A stretch of 53,652 nucleotides of DNA, counting the filler, from Sphacelaria rigidula (lineage: Eukaryota): assembly GCA_964200075.2 (NCBI GenBank). It is 3 parts of 3 records of this genome, joined end to end, with 100 filler letters (N's around TTAATTAATTAA, not from the genome) between each part and the next. Parts side by side here need not be neighbours in the genome. Positions count along the whole stretch, not along the records: positions 1 to 17,825 come from CAXNAA020000985.1; positions 17,926 to 35,741 come from CAXNAA020000986.1; 1 more part is not named here. One strand, written 5' to 3'. The notes beneath the pieces are model-generated. The model searched no databases. It saw nothing but the letters and a program-made list of their open reading frames with translations, and was not told the DNA's origin. Of the stretch, positions 12,740 to 24,470 are shown one piece after another; within the stretch, counting starts at the first letter, position 1; each line of letters opens with the position of its first letter. Both the position numbers and the translations under genes were made by a program.

Positions 12740-14330
12740 CGCAGACAGCGTATTGCGCATAGGTACCCTAACTTTCAAGACAGAGATATGTCATTCTTCG
12801 ACAGGCGCGTAATCGTTCGTGTGCTGTGTTCCACGTGTCGACAGAATGGGATAAACGCGCGTTACGATCGGCATTTTTTTCACGGATGGAATGCGAGTAT
12901 AAAATACTAGCCCAATCGAGGTGAGGCTCGCATCGTAGAGTCAGTACTATTATCCAGTACTCCTTGTACGGGCGCTAGGAACGCACGGGGTCACCCTCGT
13001 CGGGTATTGCCGTGCGCGGATGCATTTTGTGCATCAAACGCTTCCCCCTTTGGCAGTGGAATGGATGCTTACCCATCCGGCTGCCAAAGGCGTGATGGCT
13101 GGTCTGTAGAGGCAGGTATCGGTGCTGATGTGGGGATCTCTGTTCCAAGAACGTCTGCCACTCTAGTCCCAGTATCTTTTAGACCTCATAGCATGACCAT
13201 CTCCAAATGACGCCACGGATGAAGAATTGTAATTTCGGTAAAATGTAAAATGCTAATGCCTTCAAAGTATTTTGGAAAGGAACAACACTGGGTTACAGTA
13301 GAGGTCCCGCTACGATGCCGGGGAAATCGACGGGACAGGACGCAGCCCGGTATAGTGCCGCCACCGGCATTCTACCGGGATGTCACTATACAGTGACACT
13401 CTCCACCGCAGACAAAAAAACGCAGCGGTGCACACACGCAGACTACATACTGAAATGCGCTGGCCCCTTCAACTCTGCTGTAAGTAAGATACCAATTTCA
13501 AGCGACAACGCTCTCGGTGAGGGGTCGTCGAAGCGCGCGGAACCTCAACCGTCGGAGAAAAGCGAGACACCGAGAGCGTTGTCCCTTGACCTTGGTCTCT
13601 TACAGCAGACTTGAAGGGGCCAGCGGGTTTCTCGCGTGCGGTGCACGTGGGACAGACACGATACATTTCATTGCCAGGAATGATAGTACCGATATAATGC
13701 CGTTAATGGCACTATATAGAGAAAGATTTATCAAGTGCCGGTGTTAGCCATGGTGGGGTGAGCTCTTTTGGGCCGTACTGACACTATAGCGGGACCACTA
13801 CCGTACTGCTATCAACGGCGATCTCGAAGTGCAATTTCGACGAAGAAATGGCAACAAGTATCACCCCCCACCCCCCCACTCCCATCGAAGGGTGACTGGT
13901 TCGGACCCACAGGTCGACGCTGCCACGGACAACACGAGATTGTTTGACCGAGAGCCACAATGTTGAGAAGACTGGCGTCCTTGAGCTGTACTCCTCCCAC
14001 GCGGCACACTGAGCTGTGCGCGCTATGCACACACGTGTAATACCGCTGTGCCCGCATTAGAGTCAAGGCTGCAACCACTGACACAGAGCCGGTTGCACAG
14101 TACTCGGCGAATCTAATGTGCACCACCCAAACTGACAGAGGAGGGTGGCGAACAACCGATCGTGTTGAGGTGCGTAACGCTGAGATAAGGGCATACTGTG
14201 ACATCTACGTTGAGTGCTGTGCAACAGAGTATCGCGCAGTGGACCTGTTCTGTCGCATGATAACGCTTGGCGAAGATACACAAGTCATGTGAGCTTCCAC
14301 CACCGAACACGGACATACTCAACAGCAGCA
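12740..14330 (+). pseudogene. Decayed EsV-1-7-like repeats
   Basis: In-frame unit CADAFCASNASPFGSGMDAYPSGCQRR at 13013-13093 with C-x4-C-x17-C spacing and His changed to Arg (CGT); ILPGCHYTVTLSTADKKTQRCTH at about 13370-13437; LSCARY at about 14010. Confidence 0.5.
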
Positions 14331-14599
14331 GCAGAGACAAAAGCAGCAGAAAACTACTGTTGAATCCACCGTATCAAAACCAAACCCAACATATTGCCAA
14401 TGCTTCATAGGCATATCTGACAAAGCCGGCGATGCTCACCTCACCTCCTGTTTTCTATCCGTTCCTTTTTGCGAAGTGCTAAAGAGTGTTCTGCCTCTCC
14501 AACCCACAACTGTACAAATATATCGTGAATAAAGAGTCATCTTCCATCTAGGTTCGCATGAGTATAGATGGTTATTTTCTGGCTATTCCGGCAGCTTCA

Positions 14600-17500
14600 A
14601 TATATCAGTGTTGCGCCGAAAGAAAAAAATATTGATTCGGAACAGAATCCGACATCTTTTCGCCCCGATACGCACGCACCCACAACGCTACCCCAGATTT
14701 AGCAACATGAGGTTGTTGCCTATTATCTACACGACATGTGGACGAAGTTTCAGCGCCTAAAAGTACTGACAGCGCGTGTACGGCCGTGCCTCCTGAATTG
14801 AGGACCTCTACAGACAATACCAGAATTTGTACCGCACAGAATGTCATCATCCGCAATGGGTGCCGGCACAGATCGATATTTGTTTCACGGCGCAGAAGCT
14901 GGGTAGTAGATCATAACGTGGAAGTGAACGCACCCGCGTGTCAGAACATGCATCCAGCGATGTGTCGCGCAGTCTGGGCTGCAGAAACGCCGTTTTGAGG
15001 GTGTATGGACGGCATGACCCACAATCCGTGTTCGCTCCGTCCACCGTGTGCACTACCCATCACGTGCCGCTGAGCAGCCTATATGCTGACTATGTTGTGC
15101 TGTACCTACGTGCCAAGTTTGAAGCCGGTTGGTGGAGACACCGTGGAGGAATCCACGAACAAAGTAACGCTTGAAAAGTGGAAAATTCGGTACTGAACGC
15201 TCGCAAAGATACATGAGGTGCGGTTACGCCGCATATCACAGATTCGGTGAGATGCCGCCATCCTATTTCCACCCCTTCGGCCACCCGCCCAGTATGATGG
15301 CAACAACTGCGGGGTTCGCGAACGCGTCGGGTGCAGGGTGCGAGGGAAGACCCTCCGGTTGTTTCTCGTCCTGATGGTGTGTACAGCGATAAGCACTGTG
15401 GGCTGAGGTATCGCGCAGATGCGATACCGCACCCCACTGAGGGTGTGTCTCCACGCCAAATATTCTGTCCATGTCGTGGCAAAGGTCAGGTTCAACGAAC
15501 GCCTTCTTTTTCGTGTCTTTGTTGTACCACGGTAAATATATCTGTTTGGCCACTAATCGCGTGTAAGAATGTGTCTCGATGGAAATCGCCTGTTTGCCCT
15601 CCCATGGGTAAGAATCTCGCAGATGAGGTTTCGACAGAGGTTGGCACGTCGGAACGATCGTAAATCTTTGCTGATTCCGTTCCGCAGCGATTTTCCGTTC
15701 CAGGGTTATGCCACGGCTCTACTCGCGCCCGAAATTGTGATGTAAGCCACAAGCGGCCGACTGAATAAAATGAATGAAGCACAAGAAAAATACGAAGTTG
15801 TTTCCATTACAACCATCGACTTTGCTTCCAACAAATAAAAACTAATTTGTAGTCAACAACTGTATCGTTTGTTATTGCATTTGCAACTTCGGCCAACGAA
15901 AGTGTCGCGTCCACGAAACGCGAGCGTGCTCGGGTCTGCAATATTTTCTTGTTACGCGACCGGCCCTGTTATGGAAAGTGCGGGTTCGGCCACAAAAAAA
16001 GTGTTGTGGGGGTTATCAATGTCCTTCACGATGTTATCGACGAATAAAGCTTTTTATTCGGAGGTGCCAACATCCGCCCAACCCTGCCGTCGGCTGAAAA
16101 TCGACAGCGAAATGCCAACAGCCAGTCACACAAATATTTCAAGCATCATAAATAAATGGCGTTGGTGGCGAGACTGAACGGTAGCACTTTCGGCGCGTTT
16201 TGTGAAGAACAAAATATAACATTTCTCGGATATTGCAGTTCCGCAATAACTAAAACACAGGCATAGACCAACGCCGCGAAAAACAATAGTGGCGTTGAAT
16301 TTCCCGAGTGAAACCAGTCCCCTCGTGGGCGGGGTCCTGACCGCATACTTCGCCGAAAATCACACCGAGGATGAAATGAAGCCCATAAAACCCCATGATA
16401 TGATATCGTGGAAGGTCACGTGAACGATACGTTTTGTTGGTGAAGGAGAATGCATGACTCTCGCAATCTAGCGCAGTTTGTTTTGCTATTTCGAGGGAGT
16501 GACATACAGGAGGAGCCCGCACAAGTGACCGTATCCATTTCAAAACGCGCCATCTCCGCAGAAAGAACACTTGCCCTCAACACTCAATACCCTCATGGTA
16601 TGGACACTGTATCCTTCGCTGCGGCCGGAAGTCCAGCCCGCAAAACCGTTCGATCGAATGCCGAGCGCCCACATCAAAACGCACGATGCGCCGGCGTCGG
16701 TCGATACCCAACAAATCGTACCACTTTCTATGGCAAAAAAGGCCGATACGACATCACGACCGTTGACCCCTCCACGCGCGGCGGGCACATCTGGAATGTC
16801 GAGCGCATAATATGAACGACGACCGGTCCTTCCATGAGACCACAGTACATCCTGCAGTGTACATGGTCTCCGTCCACCCGCGATACAACCCGTGGCAGTT
16901 TCAGAGTCTGGTTTCGCCGCTTTTCGTGCACCTGAGGCGAAATGTAGCGCGCACGCGAATAAATAGACGCAGAGAGGGTCAGCGAGCCACCGTCGTGTTC
17001 CTTTTCAGCCCGACGGAGAGGGATGGGGGGGCGTTCCTTACGATAGCACCCGAAAAGGGGCGGCGTCGCCGCGCAGCATGACTGATCGCCATCAATCGGC
17101 GGTTGCATGCTCGCGCAACTCCCACGAGGTATGCTTTCCCAAAACTCACTCATCGACAGCCACATTCCAATACCATCTACGGCAGCCACATTGTGCTACC
17201 CTCATGTTACAAATTCACAGATTGCAACATTCGACAGATTGCAACAATTCAATTGCTACATCCCACCGCAGCCCCATCCATCCAACATAATATCAAACAG
17301 AAAAAGAAATCTCCGGGATCGCGGGCGATGGACGGGCCTGCGCATCATAATAAACGAGGGGGGACCGGGGCGCATGACTACCGACGCGAACCTCCTTCGC
17401 CGAAGGTCTTGGTATCATACCTGTGCGTTGACCACTCTCTCACACATCGTTTATCCGGTCCAAGTACCATTCCAGTATGTCCTCGGTCGTTTCTCCGTGC

Positions 17501-17622
17501 GAACCACGTGATTCCTCCGATGATGTGCTGCTACGCCACTCGCAGTCGTCATCCGAGCTCGTCTCTGGTTCGTCGCTGCCATCACCCCCGGGATCCACCT
17601 CATTCGCCATCACCAACTGCAA
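14600..17622 (-). pseudogene. Decayed DUF6729-like, probable DDE transposase-type gene
   Basis: Ordered minus-strand fragments: acidic N-terminal tract (17440-17622), RVLSVEG/FFLRRW (about 16550-16600), ALFVDNIVKDIDN (16012-16050), PDLCHDMDRIFGVETHPQWGAVSHLRD (15410-15490), RRETN (14878-14892). They recall the YxDN, DxFHxMxR..HP..LRD and RGTN motifs of DUF6729-bearing proteins (from memory). Confidence 0.45.
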
Positions 17623-17825
17623 CCCTTTGCCAACCGGTACGCTTTGCGCGTCGACAGCAGGATCGCACCGCCCCCTGCACCCACACAGTATGGGATGGCA
17701 ATTCTTTCCAAGCTTTGCGCATTTGCAGTTGCCGTTGCACTGGTGTTTCTCCGCCGCCGATGGGTTACACCCGAACAGAAGACGATCGATCCTCCCCGTG
17801 GGGTCGATACGCGCATGTTCCGATA

Positions 17826-17925
17826 NNNNNNNNNNNNNNNNNNNNNNNNNNNNNNNNNNNNNNNNNNNNTTAATTAATTAANNNNNNNNNNNNNNNNNNN
17901 NNNNNNNNNNNNNNNNNNNNNNNNN
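17826..17925. other. Assembly gap with artificial TTAATTAATTAA linker
   Basis: 44 N + 12-bp six-frame-stop linker + 44 N = 100 bp. Confidence 0.97.
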
Positions 17926-18159
17926 CCGCATTAAAGAAAAAAAAAACGCACTCCGACACGCTACGGTATCTCTCAACGATATCAGACCCACCCTGTACTC
18001 TATGCAGTACAATAACGTCATCGGTAATACGACGCCAATCGAACAGCGACGCAGTCCTTTGTCATCAGGTGGATCAGCAGTTCACAATGATATGCTTACA
18101 TCGGGTTCATTCGGGAAACTGGGGAAGCTGTGGTGTGAGCAAGTTTTAGCAGCTTTTAA

Positions 18160-18257
18160 CCCTTAGACCGCGAGGTTAGTCTTTCTGGATCATGCATACT
18201 TTTTTCGAGTGAAATTGATGCCGATTCAACGGGTGACCTACCCTCGCTGTCCAAGAG
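18160..18257. mobile_element. About 100-bp TTAA-target (piggyBac-like) MITE family C
   Basis: TTAA|CCCTTAGACCGCG ... CGCTGTCCAAGAG|TTGA. Confidence 0.75.
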
Positions 18258-18292
18258 TTGAGCTGGCCCAGCTCGTACCTTACCCTAATTTG

Positions 18293-19380
18293 TACGGCTG
18301 TGAACTGGACCAGTTTGTACTGGCGAGTAAGCTGGAACTGGAGGTTAACTGGAACCAGTGATGAGGACTGCAGTTTATCCAGTCTATTTGAAGTTTGCTG
18401 TCACCGGCTATGTTTTTACTAATTTTAGTATGGTGATTTTATAACATAGATGCTTACATTATTACGAACAAAATTACGATAGAAGTGGAGCCTGCACCTA
18501 ACAGCAATACAAGTACAGACAGTACTCGTGGTTAGAGCTGGGCCAGCCTGGAAGCGGATTTGAAGTTTGCAGGCCCATTCGCAATTCAATACTTGGGTTT
18601 GGACTCTGAAATTTCGTATGGACAATCAATAGGGTATAATAAAAACAAGTTACGCATGGACCAGTTCTTTTTCATGAATTGACGGCATTTTACTGAAACC
18701 TGGAAACCGATCATTGCCGTTAACTCATGAAAAAAACATTGGAGTCCACGCATAACGTTTCTATCATGCCCTGTTGATTGTCCACACCAAAATTTAGGGT
18801 CCAACTCCAGAAGTATTGAATTGCGAATGGGCCGTTTGATATCCGGTTCGGTGAAAATTCGGAACAGTATTTTGCAGGCCACTTACCGGCCCACGTTTGG
18901 TGTTTGTGTATTGAAATTTTGGGTTGGACCTCGCTAGGGTGTAATGAACCAAAAAAAATGGTTCAGTTTTTTTGTTGTTGTTTTTCACTGGTTTAGGGCG
19001 GTTGAGTATGTTGACGACCATTTTTTTACGAAAACGCCCGAACCTCCCCCCCCCCAAAAAAAAAATTAAGGCCGGTATATATATATATATATATATTGGC
19101 ATACCTTATCCCTGCGTGCTGCCAGCCTAGTCTTGTTTGCATCCTCTCCTCATGGAGAGTCTGCTGCTGCATATTAGAGATGAATAATTTTTTAACCGCT
19201 CGCCGCTTTGAATGGGACTTGGATGTCATCTCTAAGACTTTTAGCTCCTCAATGTGAGGGGTCACATTTTCTACAAATTTCTACATTTTTGAAGAAACAA
19301 GCCAAATAACGAGAAAATTTCGCCGCCGATGTTTTTCCAGTTGAAACCTAACTAGTCAAAGCAGCCACTTCACAGCCCTA
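18293..19380. mobile_element. hAT-type element G1
   Basis: TIR TACGGCTGTGAA / TTCACAGCCCTA; 8-bp TSD CTAATTTG / CTTATTTG; AACTGG subterminal repeats; homologous to 52732-53652. Confidence 0.82.
18535..19070. mobile_element. MITE family A copy 3, truncated, nested in hAT element G1
   Basis: Starts TA|GAGCTGGGCCAGCC and follows copies 1 and 2 for about 530 bp, ending near a (TA)n run. Confidence 0.8.
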
Positions 19381-19577
19381 CTTATTTGAGTACCTCCATT
19401 ACGTCTTTCAAAATACCCCGCAATTGAGTGTACTCTACTCGACCTGCCCTTGGAATGTTTTGACCCGCGGTCAACGTTTTCACATTTTGCCCTCTTTCGA
19501 GCAATTCGGCCTCAGAAATAGTGGATTTGGCGATTCGAACCGGTCATGATTCGTCCGACCCTTGCCCATTTTATGCC

Positions 19578-19876
19578 TTTCATTTATAGTGTGTGCGTCA
19601 TAGGTACATGATTCTCACCTTTCATTCGTAGGCTATGAATCACAGCTACATATTTCACAATTTTCATTCGTGCAGCATGAGTCATAGGCACACGTGCCTC
19701 ATCTTCCATTTATACGCCATGAATCACAGGTACGTATTTTTTCCCTTCCATCCATGCAGCATGAAAAAGAGGTACATGCTCCCCACCTTCCGTTCATACG
19801 AGGTGAATCAAAGGTTCATGTTTCCCACTCATTCATGCTGCGTGAACCATACGTACGTTTTCCCCACCTGTCATTT
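19578..19876. repeat. Degenerate minisatellite, about 42-bp unit x7
   Basis: Recurring TTCATTCRT...ATGAATCAYAGGTAC unit. Confidence 0.8.
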
Positions 19877-20005
19877 GATGGGGCACGACTAGGGTTGTAC
19901 ACCAACTTCACAATTGGGTTGATTTGATTATTTGATTGTTTGTCCAAATCTTGCTTGATTCATCATAATCAGTTGATATTTTTTCAAGTGTCAGAGCAGC
20001 AAGTA

Positions 20006-21171
20006 AGCCTCAATAGAGAGTATGTTTTTTCGCGTCTAGGAGTCAGTGTGGAAAGAAAAATAGAGTTTCAGGATATGTTTTTTCGCGTCTTAGAGTCAGA
20101 GTGGAAAGAAAAATAGCGAGTAACGGTGCACACTCCACTATGGAAAGTGTTTTAGAATGAATTTTTCAGAGTCATACTCCCGTTTGGACCTCTCCACTCT
20201 GAAAACCGATGTGCCTCTTTGAACCTCATAGCCGAACGAAAAAGAACCACCCCCACCTTATTCACCACCATGGTCACAGCCATTCCACATTCAATATAGC
20301 CTAACAAGCAGAGTGCGACATCCATCACCACTGTCATGCTCATCACAATGGACCATTCACGAAATGGCAACGCTTGGCATCGCAATCAGAGGACCTCCCT
20401 GACGCGACCATAGTATCAGCACTAGCTCGGTTGTGTTGCGTGAAAACTAAGTGCTCGGCGAGTACACGACGTTGCCTTGGGTGCAGTTCCGTACCCCTGC
20501 CAGCCTCAGCTGGAGGAATACGGTGTGAACGATTAGATACTTGCGGCGCACAAGCAGTGTAACACCTGGCTGCCTTGTCATTCCCTTGGACGTCATGACG
20601 TCTTGCACCACCGTAGTAGGTGGCGTGTTGAAAAATGATCACAAGGCGGCTTTGCCTGTTGTTTGGAAGTGCTGCTAACTGTACTACTGTACAACTGACT
20701 GTACGGTATCGCTGTACTTCACCGTGCCGCAATGTATTGATATAAAGTTCTGTATTGCACCGTCTGTACTGCACTGTCTGTATCCTCTACACTGTAAAGC
20801 ACTACTGTACAGCACCACAAGTGCCCTGTAGTGCACCGTAGTGCAGTGAAACAGTGCAAGTGCAGTGAAGCGTAGTGTACGGTACGGTGCCGCAACGTAC
20901 GGTACAACACAGACTCGCTACTGTTTTTGTATAGTCAGGGCTGTGCTAGCCCATGCATTTTCGAACTGGACACTGATTGATCGCACATTTGGCGGGCCAA
21001 CCTGCGGCCAATCACTGCGACAAAAAAATCCACCTCAAGCCACGTCACATCAGCTTCCACTATGAACTTTTTAGCGTCCACTCTGAACTTTCGAAAGCTT
21101 CCACTCTGGAGTTCTTCCACTCTGACTCTATGATGCGAGAAAAATATTTTCCGGAACTCTCCAATGAGCTG
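20006..21171 (-). mobile_element. Decayed hAT element with a remnant dimerisation domain
   Basis: Inverted ends with GAGTCAGAGTGGAA / TTCCACTCTGACTC repeats; minus strand about 20400-20570 reads LLVRRKYLIVH...GNVVYSPST*FSRNTTELVLILW. Confidence 0.5.
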
Positions 21172-22280
21172 ATATTTTATGGTGAATCGGTTCACTGCAC
21201 ACGCGCACACCAGTAGCACTGCTTTGTGTACAGCTTTATAATATTACAGCCGTATAAGAAGACACCACCTGTAATACAGAGCGCGACATATGTAGATAAT
21301 TTCGTGCTTGAGAATTTTCAGTCGCGTTTCTTGCGAAATTTGAGAATTTACGGGTGAGCATTCGTGCTGAATTCGAGAGGAAAAGAATAATCAGAAAGCG
21401 GAAAGTGCAAGGGAGTCGGCAGGTAAAAATCTGCAAGAATGCACTGCACCTCAGCAAAATAAGAAACTGTCTACACGACCTCCATGGCTTCATCAGGCCC
21501 CCAAACAAACTGTCTCCTTTCTAAAACTGGCAAACAACGTTGATTTTTTCTGAGACACCCTATGGATAATAACAAAATATTTAAAATCCAAACAGTATTC
21601 TGTTCCCCCCCTTTTTTTTTGGAACAAGACTGGTAAACGTACTGCTTGCTGCTGGTGCACGGTACAGTACAGTACTGTACTTGCAGGCCCTTTTTGGCAG
21701 AGGATATGAGTAGGAGTACCTTGGCGTGTACACCTGCACTGCCTCGTATCCTTTGATTCACGGTGGTGAGGTTCCGTTGCGATAAATCTACCCCACGACG
21801 ATTTGCGGGACCTGACGGCTCTTGCGGATTTGAAATCTTGGGGCGGGATCCTTGAGCGATAATTCCTGCTGCTCAAGGAGCATGTCATCAAGGGCCCCCT
21901 TTTTGGTGCCTTTAGCTTGGAAGGGATGTGTATACTCGTATCGTTGCAGCTGAAGAGAATTGATGGTATGTCGAAAGAAGAACACGCCAAAGACGTCGAG
22001 GGAAAGGTTACCGAGATACTTGACAAAATGAACTGCGTGTAAGTGTTGGTGGGCTCTGCAACGCCCTCTGTACCGCTAGCCCGTCAGTCTGCCTTCAGCA
22101 GCAAGGGGAAGCGTTCTGCCGCCAAGTCAGGATCCGCAGCAGGCAGCAGGCCAGTCAACGGAGGCGTCAGGGTTTTGTGTGTGTGGTGTTTAAGTGGACG
22201 CGGTGGGTCTGTGATACGGAGGTATATGTGTCATCCCGACGTCGGATTGCGTCATGATTGAACCTAAGTCCATACCCCCC

Positions 22281-22742
22281 CAGGGTATGTACCCGTGCTC
22301 GTACCCGCATGGGGTGTTTCTACAAGAGTATACGCGTACATAGGGTAAGTGCATGAGAGACTTGTAGGGCTTACAGAAGTGTCGGGTACGGGTTTGGGAG
22401 TCTTTCGAAACGTACAGAACCTGTCGGGTAGGGTATGGATGTTGTACTGAAACCTGTATCCTCACCCGGGTACAAGTGTATACCCTAACCCCGGGTAGGG
22501 GTGGACAGTTTGTACAGATCTGTTAGAACTATTGGCCATGGTTACTGATGCTGTTCAGGAAACCGTACCCTCACCCGGGCATTTTCCGAAGGGTAACCCA
22601 ACCCCGGGCACGTGTATAGGAGGCTCACGGAAATCACGGAATTATCGGTTGAGGGGATGGAAGGCTTACAGAAGTCACAGAAGTTCTCGGGTACGGGTAA
22701 TCCTCGCGGAAATACCCCGGGTATACAAAAAATCGTACCCTG
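22281..22742. mobile_element. GGGTA/TACCC-rich hAT-like MITE
   Basis: CAGGGTATG ... CGTACCCTG ends with many GGGTA/TACCC repeats; no TSD found. Confidence 0.55.
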
Positions 22743-23134
22743 AAAAACCTGGCCTTGATTTTTCACTTTTTCATGAGGTCGTGAATGTATTGACCCTGTG
22801 AAAACAAACAAAAGATCTGTCCTACTGTTCGAGTCTTGGTTCTAATTTGGAATGAACTGGTCGGTACGCATTGATCTAAGAGCGGAAATTGTCGTATAGT
22901 GTTTGTACCGGCGAATTTGATCCATTTTTCATTAACGTCACGAGTAGCCCGTCGATGTTGACGGCCTAGATTCGATATCCGGGTCTACTTTTTTTCATGA
23001 TTTGCCTGCAATACGTTGAACTGGACAAATCGGGTGTACACAGTGTCTTCATCCATCCGATGAAGCCTCAAAATGAGAAAATTCCCATTGGGTTCGACGT
23101 CTCCCCCGAATATTTCAGTTGGATCATATTTGTC

Positions 23135-23357
23135 GTTTTCCATCTGTTGCTTTGCTTTTGTTGACTTTTATTTTATTTTATTTTATTTTTTCCACGTCGT
23201 AGTCTAATATGTCGTTATGTTCCACTTTTTCTGTTACTTATTTTTATTCAGCAAGTGTTTTCAGTTTTGTTTATTCTTGGGTATGTCTATCATGTGACCA
23301 CGGCTGGATCCCTAGGGGGTCGGGTAAAGTGCGACAATCAATCAACGCAATCAATCA
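23135..23357 (+). mobile_element. Retroelement 3' end with (CAAT)n tail
   Basis: T-rich UTR-like tract ending GTGCGACAATCAATCAACGCAATCAATCA; matches 6826-6925 and, inverted, about 6990-7085. Confidence 0.6.
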
Positions 23358-23753
23358 TCTCGTGAAAATTACCGGTGCGAGCCTGTGATGTGAATGATCG
23401 TGGATCTCCCCCGTACTGAAATTTATGCTGCCGTGGGTACAATATCACTGGGAGAAGTTGCATTGTGCATCGCAATCGGTGTAAAGCTGAGCTGCTAAAG
23501 CACTGCACTCAGTTTAGGTGGTTTTCAAACGTCCGGGCCTGATGCTTTTGCTTGGGTGTGGGCTTTTTTGCATCGCGCTTTACTTTTTTTTTTTTCCTGA
23601 GTCCGCACTTTCAACAATGGAGGTACTACTATTATACGTCCACCGTAACTCCATGATAGCGAGGTGTTTTGAAAAAAAAACTACATGAGAACTTGAACAA
23701 TTTCGATCATCTCAACAAGATATTGTTGAATTATCCCGGGATCACCCCGTTAA

Positions 23754-23854
23754 CCCTTAGACTGCGGTGCGGGTAGTCCATTTGGATCACGCATACTTTT
23801 TCAATTTAATACTGACGCCGAATTAACGGGTGAACTACCCTCGAGGTCAAAGGG
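23754..23854. mobile_element. MITE family C
   Basis: TTAA|CCCTTAGACTGCG ... CGAGGTCAAAGGG|TTAA. Confidence 0.85.
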
Positions 23855-23859
23855 TTAAC

Positions 23860-24470
23860 ATCGTCGTATTGTATAATGAGCAGTATCCGTCTTGGCGTAG
23901 TATGACGGAATCCAACAGGCTAGATCCAACTCTCTAGCAATGAACACAGTTCGTACCCCTGGCTCTTTTGCCAATTGAATGCAAGCACGATGATCACCTA
24001 TGCTACGCCCTTGATTGTTCAGCCCCGTCTCACATGTCTTTCCTCTTCCCTGGACGGTTTTCCCCCCTCGACATGTTTGCGCAGTCATCATCGGCCAGTC
24101 TTTGGTCCTGGGACGGTGTCTGCGCGATCAATCACCAATCCCCACGGCCAAAGTTTGGAATCGCTTGGCGGAGGAGCAAATTAGGCACCGCGTGCACTCC
24201 CGGTGGCCGATTATTATTCCGTCGGGGGATGTTCACATGATCTTGCATGTCGTGGGCATATTACGATTGACCTCGCATCCCTACAGAGCAGGGACAGAGC
24301 ACGCCGGGTTTTCACCGGACCAGGCTCAGTTATCTCGTCATTTTTTCGGGGGAAACGGTGTGGCACAGGGCAGGCAGCAGCTACGGTCACAACGATCGTG
24401 CGGCGTGTGTCTACACTCTGCCTCTGCGCCATAATCTGGGGATTCTGCCGGCTAGCACGTTGAGGAGGCG
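23860..24470 (+). pseudogene. Decayed EsV-1-7 repeats directly upstream of the intact ORF
   Basis: CYALDC..SFLFPG at 24001, RPKFG at about 24145, YSVGGCSH..ACRGH.TIDL at about 24215-24275, and FCR(+1 nt)QHVEEAM at 24443-24473 running into the ORF. Several frameshifts. Confidence 0.6.

Noticed and set aside
17103-17873. 256-aa plus-strand ORF
   Set aside because: Runs into Ns and lies antisense to the decayed minus-strand gene.
17870-17881. TTAATTAATTAA palindrome within N runs (also 35786-35797)
   Set aside because: Identical 44N-linker-44N layout twice; an assembly spacer, not biology.
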